A stretch of DNA of 64,000 nt from positions 38,678 to 102,677 of IMG/VR virus record IMGVR_UViG_3300035698_004130, one strand, 5' to 3'. Positions 57,761-64,000 of the stretch are shown here, piece by piece. The DNA comes from a virus. The notes under the pieces are model-generated. The model had not been told where the DNA came from, did no database searches, and saw only the letters and a list, made by a program, of their open reading frames with translations. How positions within the stretch are numbered: position 1 is the first letter of the stretch; the number at the start of each line of letters is the position of its first letter. Both the position numbers and the translations under genes were made by a program.

Positions 57761-58667
57761 AATATATGATTTGGTCTAGAGCGTTAAACTTCAGCCTCAC
57801 AATGTAAGACCCTCTTTGGGAACCGAATGTTCCGTCCAGCATACTTGGATGGGTTGCAAGAAGACTTGTATCAAAGTTGTAGATAACAGTGTTTCCGGCA
57901 GTAACGTTACATAGTGATGACGTTGCAGCGAATCCTGATACAGTTACTCGTGATGCTAGGTTGCGATCGTCGTTAAGTTTGATGATCTCAATAGCAGGAT
58001 CAATCACCAGGGACTGCTTGAAGAGGTTGGTGATGCTTCTATCAATGTTTGCATTCTCCAGAGTAACCTCATTGGTTAGTCTAATATCCACCTTAGATCC
58101 AAGAACGATGTGGTTGTTCGCTAGTTTAGTGCTAACATGGAATAGGAGTGGTTCGGTTACTGTGAAGAACCTGTCCTCAGTAAGAGAAAACTCATTAATG
58201 AGTGTATCAAGGTCTGACCCAGCTTTTCGTCTAACAGTCCAAACATCGAGGTAGTTTCCAATTGCTGAAACCCTATTCTCGATTGGATTATCCGCAGATA
58301 GATTAAACACCGCTGAAGCAGCAGCCGTATCCAGAACTGTGGCATAGACGCCTTCAGAGATTCTGTAGATACCAGAGGCTCCCGCACTGTAGTTTGAGGC
58401 ATTGAAACCAATGTCATTAATGTCAGCGGATCCCGAGGGAGCAAAGTGCATTAGAACCACACTGGAGAAATCACTGTCGATCTCCCCATCATTGGTTACT
58501 ACTGAGCTAGGAGCCCAGTTACTCTCTGCTGCAAAAATACTCACACCACTAATTTCATAGGGATCGGTATACTGCCCATCATTAATGAAGTAAGTAACGA
58601 GCGCAGTCTTCCCTAGAACAGAGGGTCTGTTGTGTCTGGTATCAACTGAGGTGGTGTTAATAATCAT
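57732..58667 (-). CDS. hypothetical virion protein
   Basis: 311-aa beta-rich ORF downstream of the gp26-like gene. Confidence 0.6.
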   Translation of the reverse strand: MIINTTSVDTRHNRPSVLGKTALVTYFINDGQYTDPYEISGVSIFAAESNWAPSSVVTNDGEIDSDFSSVVLMHFAPSGSADINDIGFNASNYSAGASGIYRISEGVYATVLDTAAASAVFNLSADNPIENRVSAIGNYLDVWTVRRKAGSDLDTLINEFSLTEDRFFTVTEPLLFHVSTKLANNHIVLGSKVDIRLTNEVTLENANIDRSITNLFKQSLVIDPAIEIIKLNDDRNLASRVTVSGFAATSSLCNVTAGNTVIYNFDTSLLATHPSMLDGTFGSQRGSYIVRLKFNALDQIIYSNDLGFVIR

Positions 58668-58837
58668 TATTCGTCCTGAGATTGTTTGATATCATCGGAG
58701 TAGAATTTCATGAAGCTCATCCTTTCGATCTTCGTCATTTTCTTAACATCCGAGTATGCAAATTTGATCTTATTTACTAATATGTAGGCTTCGAGAAGCA
58801 ACTCATCTAAGGTTAAACTTTCTTCTAACTCACTGAA
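58667..58837 (-). CDS. gp51/gpT-like extension in the -1 frame of the gp26-like gene
   Basis: FSELEESLTLDELLLEAYILVNKIKFAYSDVKKMTKIERMSFMKFYSDDIKQSQDE*; begins at the T8 run 58836-58843; stop overlaps the next ATG (TAATG). Confidence 0.72.
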   Translation of the reverse strand, partial: FSELEESLTLDELLLEAYILVNKIKFAYSDVKKMTKIERMSFMKFYSDDIKQSQDE

Positions 58838-59586
58838 AAAAAATGTGCATCAAGCGGAACGTTTAGAACCTCAATGTGCTTACAGGTAGGGCACTCAAAG
58901 TTGAACCTGGGATCTACACCATAATCATTCTTTAGAATAGCATTTGAGATTGTTTTCATATCTCGGATAGCAAGCCTCTTTAGCACCGCATTTATGAACA
59001 CAGGGTCCGTAGTATCAGCAATACTCACCACAAATCTATGAAGATTCTTAATTATGGTGTCAACATCCGAAAGGTAGTTTTCTTCAATTACTCTTGGGAA
59101 CCTTACCTTCACATCCACATCTAGAGTTGGGAGTCTAATGATTCTTGGGTCTTCTAGCTCATCTTCAACATATGTGATATCCAGGTGCTTTGCGATATCA
59201 ATTGTGGTGGTAACACCCGCTCCACACTTTGGGCACGAGATTGGGAAGTTATACTCAGCCCCATAGCTAATCTCCCTAACCTTCATCAGCAGGAAGATCT
59301 TGTCGAATAGGACAACTGACTCAATTGGGATACCATCTACACACTTTCTAAGGATGCCATTGACCGCATCGACTCCACGGTTGCTAGTGGATAAGATCCG
59401 TTGCTCATCCTCAAACAGAAGTGGCTTCACTCTAACCCCATTGAAGTTTTCATAAAATTTACCTTTTGAAGGTAGCTGAACTTCAACTTCAACTTCCTTT
59501 GGCACGTTAGCGAATAGAGCTTCAATAGCATCTTCTCTGCTAATTGGGGTTGAGTTTTTTGGCGTAATGTCTGTTATTTTGTCCAT
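58825..59586 (-). CDS. Baseplate hub/tail assembly chaperone (gp26-like)
   Basis: LPSKG.FY, DKIFLLMKVREISYG, CPKCG, RFPR, CPTC, ends ..HFF. Confidence 0.82.
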   Translation of the reverse strand: MDKITDITPKNSTPISREDAIEALFANVPKEVEVEVQLPSKGKFYENFNGVRVKPLLFEDEQRILSTSNRGVDAVNGILRKCVDGIPIESVVLFDKIFLLMKVREISYGAEYNFPISCPKCGAGVTTTIDIAKHLDITYVEDELEDPRIIRLPTLDVDVKVRFPRVIEENYLSDVDTIIKNLHRFVVSIADTTDPVFINAVLKRLAIRDMKTISNAILKNDYGVDPRFNFECPTCKHIEVLNVPLDAHFFSVS

Positions 59587-59599
59587 TGTGGTCCTATGA

Positions 59600-59617
59600 T
59601 GTCTATTATAGTAGACA
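59600..59617. promoter_or_regulatory. inverted repeat with CTATTATAG core (candidate bidirectional promoter)
   Basis: TGTCTA-TTATAG-TAGACA between divergent starts 59586 and 59618. Confidence 0.55.
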
Positions 59618-61000
59618 ATGGAGATTCAAGTAGGCAATTTAACTTCCGTAGTAAAAACGGATAACCCGGATATCCTAAAAGGGCTTCATAATAAGTATGG
59701 CTTCTTTGTGCCAGGGTATCAGTATGCTACTTCTTACAGGAAAAGAAGGTGGGATGGTAAGAAAAGATACTTCAAGTTAAGTGGCACTTTCAAGACAGGA
59801 TTATTAAAAAGAATTCTAAAAGATCTTGATACCATAGGTTGCAAAGATACTCTTATCACAACTGACATTAAGGGTTTAGATGCTAAGGCAAAAAGGATAA
59901 AGGGATTTACCTACCGCAAATACCAAAAGGATGCAATTACCTACTGCCTTGAAAATCTTAGATGTCTGGTTAGCTCCCCAACTGGATCAGGAAAAACCCT
60001 AATCATGGCTGGGATCATCCATTCCCTACAGACTATAGACCCAGACCTAAAAGTGATTATCCTGTTTAAGGAGAAAGGAGTCTTAAAGCAAACTTACGAC
60101 TTCTTCAAGGGATGTGCTGTTAAGAACGTTGGGGTAAACTCTGGCGAAGGATACACAGAGGGGAACATCATGCTTTCCACTGTCCAAAGCATTGATAGGA
60201 TTCTGGATACTCACCTGGATGATGCAACCGTGCTTATGGTCGATGAGGTCCACCAGTTTGGCTCAGGAGAGACAACGATAGCCGCCATTGAGTCTTTTCC
60301 TAACGCAGTGTATAGGTTTGGCTTCACAGCTACAGTCCCTCAGGAAAAGTCTGAGAGCGTCAATGCGAGGATGACACTTGAGGGAGCTTTCGGTTCTGTC
60401 TTCACTACGAGAACTATGGAGGAGCTTATTGATGATGGCAGTCTTGCTCGGCCTATTATCCAGATTGTTCACCACGAGGACTTTGTGGATGAAGATCAAA
60501 CCTACCTTGAAATCTACGATCAGGCGATTGTTAATTCTGAAAGCCGTAATAACAAGGTTCTAAGCATCGTTAATCAGGTGTATTCAACTAACAAGAGTGC
60601 TAAGGTCCTAATCCTTGTAAAGAACATTCAACATATTAGAAACCTTGAAGCCTTAATTAAGGGTGTTGCTGTTGTTGAGGGGGATACCTCTCTCGAAGAT
60701 CGCTATAGGGTAATTAACAAATTCATTGAAGCAAAGGGCAACGCAACAATTATTGGAACCAAGGTTATGCAAACTGGTATTAGCATTGATGAGATTACCC
60801 ACATGATCGACGCTCGGTGTATGAAGGGAGAGATTCCCGTTATCCAAGGGCTTGGTAGAGGGGTGAGAAAAGAGAAGGGAGTCGCAGTAGTTTATTACTA
60901 CGACTTCTATGACACCGTGAAATACCTAAATAAGCACTCAAAGAGTAGACTCAAGCACTACAAAAACCTAAACCTAGAAATTAACTATGTCAAAATCTAA
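59618..61000 (+). CDS. uvsW: UvsW-like SF2 DNA helicase
   Basis: WDGK, R.YQ, PTGSGKT, VDEVH, GFTAT, TGISI, QGLGRGVR. Confidence 0.9.
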   Translation: MEIQVGNLTSVVKTDNPDILKGLHNKYGFFVPGYQYATSYRKRRWDGKKRYFKLSGTFKTGLLKRILKDLDTIGCKDTLITTDIKGLDAKAKRIKGFTYRKYQKDAITYCLENLRCLVSSPTGSGKTLIMAGIIHSLQTIDPDLKVIILFKEKGVLKQTYDFFKGCAVKNVGVNSGEGYTEGNIMLSTVQSIDRILDTHLDDATVLMVDEVHQFGSGETTIAAIESFPNAVYRFGFTATVPQEKSESVNARMTLEGAFGSVFTTRTMEELIDDGSLARPIIQIVHHEDFVDEDQTYLEIYDQAIVNSESRNNKVLSIVNQVYSTNKSAKVLILVKNIQHIRNLEALIKGVAVVEGDTSLEDRYRVINKFIEAKGNATIIGTKVMQTGISIDEITHMIDARCMKGEIPVIQGLGRGVRKEKGVAVVYYYDFYDTVKYLNKHSKSRLKHYKNLNLEINYVKI

Positions 61001-61235
61001 CGATGTCTTTACAAGGGAAGCCCAAGTAGACTCCCTTAACTTAATCACGAAAGAGCAGCAATCAATGATTGAATTCTGCACAGATACCCTGAGTGAGATC
61101 AAAAAGAGTAAGCGTATTACTGAAGCGTCTTTCAGGCAACTCACAAACATTTGGAGAGAGTTGGATTCCCTTAGAGAATTGTTCTTCCTGAGAATCCTTA
61201 ACTCCCTAAAACGTGGTGATATCCTTAATCGTTAG
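60987..61235 (+). CDS. small helical protein following UvsW
   Basis: 82-aa ORF overlapping the uvsW stop; position recalls T4 UvsW.1. Confidence 0.55.
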   Translation: MSKSNDVFTREAQVDSLNLITKEQQSMIEFCTDTLSEIKKSKRITEASFRQLTNIWRELDSLRELFFLRILNSLKRGDILNR

Positions 61236-62731
61236 GGTGCGCCCCACGAGGGGATTCCACCAGCTACAGTAAGCACATCTCCGTTTGACCCAATCGGTAG
61301 TCTAATAATATCCACACCATCGTAGTAAAGTAGATCCCCAGCCGTAATGGTATCTTTAAGGTTTGCAATATCTGTTAGAAGTGTGCTAGCCTCTTCTCTA
61401 GTTCCAATTTGAGTATCAACCCAACTCTTACGAGCTAACTGGGGTCCAGTTATGGGATCAGTGCTAGCTGACGGAGCCAGGACAAAAGTTCTTGTTCCGT
61501 CAGTCCTTGCGTATTGAAGATGGTCATCTGCTGTGAGAGTTCCTAGACTAGCGTGAGGGATAGCTCCGGGACTTTGGTATCCAATTGTTCTTGGGGATCC
61601 CCCAGAAACATATAATAGATCCCCATCAGCAGCACCAACATTCTCAAAGTCTTGGAAGTCATCTAATTGAGTAGCTGATAAATTACTTGATAATGCTAGG
61701 GATCCAAGAGAAAGTAGAGTTCTAGCCGCCGCTGAGTCCACAGAGTTTAGCAGACTTCTTCCATAAGTTTGGGAAGGCTCGTTTAGTAGTGCTCCATCCG
61801 TATCCCAGTATATCACTCCCCCAGGAGAAACAGTAAGGTTTGATAGCTCTGTTAAATTTCCGTTTAAAAGTTGTCGTAGTGCTGTTTGTGTGGCAACATA
61901 AGTGACGTTGGTTAAATGATTTCCTGCTGATGGAATTGCTGATGCATTTACCGCATTGATGAATCCTCGTGTCGCAGAGATATCCATATATTGATCGTGA
62001 GCGGAAAGAGCACTAAGTTCTGATAGTGACCCGTGAGCAGACGGTGAGTTTCCAGCTAGAAGACTCGATGGAGTATAGGTAACCCCATTTCCATCCGGGT
62101 TAACTAGAACTAGGTAATTGGCATCACCCACAGAGTAGGCATCAACATCTGATAAGCCAGAGAAACTAAGGGAATCCGATGTTGATAATGCCCCTAACCC
62201 CAGACCTAATCTGGTTGCTATAGCAGTGGTTAAAACCGCCTGAGATTGGGAAAAAGTGCTGTAGGGTGCTAACGCAATGTTACCCGCAGAATCAACAAAG
62301 TAAACACTATTGGCTACTGGAGTGATAACCCCTAAATCTGTTAGATTCTGGCTAGCTCCCTCGTAGATACTATTGAAGAATTCATCTACCGCTGAAACTG
62401 CGGATACAACTCCTGCTGGAGTGATTACAAGGGCTCTGTTAATATGTCCTGCTAGTGTGGCGATATCAACATCAGTAAGGTCAGTAAGTTTTGTTGCGGC
62501 TGTTCCTCCTGTCCCAATAAAGCTTGTGGCACTGACAGCACCATTAATAATCAATGTCCCCCCCGAAGAGGTTTCCAAACATTCAGCAAAAACTCTAACG
62601 GTGTTTACATCAGTTACTGTAATAGTAGTGGCTTCAATGTCGGCTAGCTCTGTTAGAGCCTTAGCCCTCAATTTAGAATCGTAGCCAATTCCAACAGGTT
62701 TGTTATTTGATGTGAATGGGGATACAACCAT
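61232..62731 (-). CDS. tail fibre/virion decoration protein
   Basis: LTDLTDVD, ARTLLSLG, DDHLQY.RTDG.R, GDLLY....RLPIGSNGDVLTV.GG.P.W fibre repeats. Confidence 0.7.
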   Translation of the reverse strand: MVVSPFTSNNKPVGIGYDSKLRAKALTELADIEATTITVTDVNTVRVFAECLETSSGGTLIINGAVSATSFIGTGGTAATKLTDLTDVDIATLAGHINRALVITPAGVVSAVSAVDEFFNSIYEGASQNLTDLGVITPVANSVYFVDSAGNIALAPYSTFSQSQAVLTTAIATRLGLGLGALSTSDSLSFSGLSDVDAYSVGDANYLVLVNPDGNGVTYTPSSLLAGNSPSAHGSLSELSALSAHDQYMDISATRGFINAVNASAIPSAGNHLTNVTYVATQTALRQLLNGNLTELSNLTVSPGGVIYWDTDGALLNEPSQTYGRSLLNSVDSAAARTLLSLGSLALSSNLSATQLDDFQDFENVGAADGDLLYVSGGSPRTIGYQSPGAIPHASLGTLTADDHLQYARTDGTRTFVLAPSASTDPITGPQLARKSWVDTQIGTREEASTLLTDIANLKDTITAGDLLYYDGVDIIRLPIGSNGDVLTVAGGIPSWGAP

Positions 62732-64000
62732 TATACCTCTGGGTAAATTACTGCGTGAGCACTGTAAAGGGAGAAAAGATTAGTAGCGTTGGATACAGTG
62801 TATATGATTTGAACAGTTACCGTAATATCTGAAGTCGAATCCTCTGCATCATTAGCCTGGGCACTACCTCTACTCTTACCATGTCCCCAACCTCCAGTTG
62901 TATCACTCCCAGTTGCGCTACCAATATCCACCCAGTGGGTTACCCTTTGCTTACTTGTGGAGTTCCTAGGAGAAATTACAATCTCACCCTTTAGAGGATA
63001 TTCATCAGTATCATTGGAAAGCTGGTTACTAGTAGATCCCCAAGAGACTCCTCCATTAAGGAGAATTCTCATTCCGGTATTTGATGATGAGTTTTGAAAT
63101 GCCTTGGCAGTCCATTTCACTACGCAGGCACCACTAAGTCCCATAGCATCTGCTGGAATAGTAAACTCAAATAAATCTACCCAGCTAGTTGTGCTAGATC
63201 CAGTTTGAATAATTGGATCCCCTGTCTGTGAATAAACCATGTAAGGGATTTTTAGCAGATTTCTTATTGCCACAAGGGATGCTTCTGTAGAGTTATCTAG
63301 TGCATCTGCGCCGATAGCATCTGCATCGATTTGATCTGAGGCAACAGTATCAAGAGTTGCAAGAGCACCTAAATTGAGAGATGCCTCGGTAAAGTGGACA
63401 GTAGAAGATGCTATGTGGTTATCAATAGTTGTGGTATCAGGTGCCGTCCATTCAGGGAGTGATCCATTTGAGGTTAAATGGTGTCCCACATATCCAATAC
63501 GCAATAAGGTTAGATCCCCCCCTAATTTGGCGTGAATAATGTCCCCTTGGGAATACCCTGAGGTATTAAACTTTGCGGCTATATTGGTTATATTGGTAGC
63601 AATAGCTGAACTAAGCTGAGTTGTGGAAGCTGATATGTCATCAGCAAAAGTTTCCAACTGATCGTGTGAACTTGTTCCTATATTTGATAATGCTGTGTGA
63701 TCTGTGGTATTTGTGTTTAATGCCCAAGCCGTTTCATTATCTCCAACATAGGAGGATAGACTTACAGTTGAAGCTGCAACATCGGCTATATTGGTTATAT
63801 TGGTAGCAATAGCTGAACTAAGCTGAGTTGTGGAAGCTGCAACATCGGCTATGTTAGTTATATTGGTAGCAATAGCTGAACTAAGCTGAGTTGTGGAAGC
63901 TGCAACATCGGCTATATTGGTTATATTGGTAGCAATAGCTGAACTAAGCTGAGTTGTGGAAGCTGCAACATCGGCTATGTTAGTTATATTGGTAGCAATA
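62731..64000 (-). CDS. tail fibre protein with 21-aa coiled-coil repeats (5' end beyond window)
   Basis: Frame of track ORF 62731-63657 stays open to the window end: (ADVAASTTQLSSAIATNITNI)n, TDHTALSNIG, IDNHIAS. Confidence 0.75.
   Translation of the reverse strand, partial: IATNITNIADVAASTTQLSSAIATNITNIADVAASTTQLSSAIATNITNIADVAASTTQLSSAIATNITNIADVAASTVSLSSYVGDNETAWALNTNTTDHTALSNIGTSSHDQLETFADDISASTTQLSSAIATNITNIAAKFNTSGYSQGDIIHAKLGGDLTLLRIGYVGHHLTSNGSLPEWTAPDTTTIDNHIASSTVHFTEASLNLGALATLDTVASDQIDADAIGADALDNSTEASLVAIRNLLKIPYMVYSQTGDPIIQTGSSTTSWVDLFEFTIPADAMGLSGACVVKWTAKAFQNSSSNTGMRILLNGGVSWGSTSNQLSNDTDEYPLKGEIVISPRNSTSKQRVTHWVDIGSATGSDTTGGWGHGKSRGSAQANDAEDSTSDITVTVQIIYTVSNATNLFSLYSAHAVIYPEV
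63771..64000. repeat. 63-bp coding tandem repeat (at least 3.6 copies, alternating A/B variants)
   Basis: AAGCTGCAACATCGGC recurs at 63771, 63834, 63897 and 63960; detached partial copy near 63577-63632. Confidence 0.95.

Noticed and set aside
63771-64000. CRISPR array
   Set aside because: Repeats are contiguous without unique spacers and encode an in-frame 21-aa repeat
1-64000. tRNA/rRNA genes, integrase, reverse transcriptase (DGR) or base-modification genes
   Set aside because: None recognisable by eye and intergenic gaps are mostly too short; tRNAscan-SE and HMM searches would be needed to exclude them formally

Overview
64 kb fragment of a large T4-like (myovirus) bacteriophage genome, ~40% GC by eye, densely coded and mostly on the minus strand with frequent TAATG/ATGA gene overlaps. 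Left part (1-14.2 kb): replication and nucleotide metabolism (gp41-like helicase, class II ribonucleotide reductase, gp46/gp47 nuclease, ThyX, a family-A DNA polymerase with a UDG-like domain split over three genes, HNH endonuclease, gp55-like late sigma factor, resolvase). Middle (14.2-54.9 kb): virion module (tail tube, sheath, neck gp13/14/15, major capsid gp23, scaffold, prohead protease, PAAR, baseplate, glycoside hydrolase, spike, hub, tape measure). Right part: Cas4/RecB-like nuclease, an interrupted HNH gene, primase, gp26-like chaperone with a likely -1 frameshift extension, UvsW and repeat-rich fibre genes. Most notable: the three-gene PolA paired with T4-type virion genes, basic polyproteins apparently cut by the prohead protease, palindromic CTATNATAG elements at divergent junctions, and several ORFs missing from the supplied track. 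All calls come from motif recognition by eye; no database searches were run.
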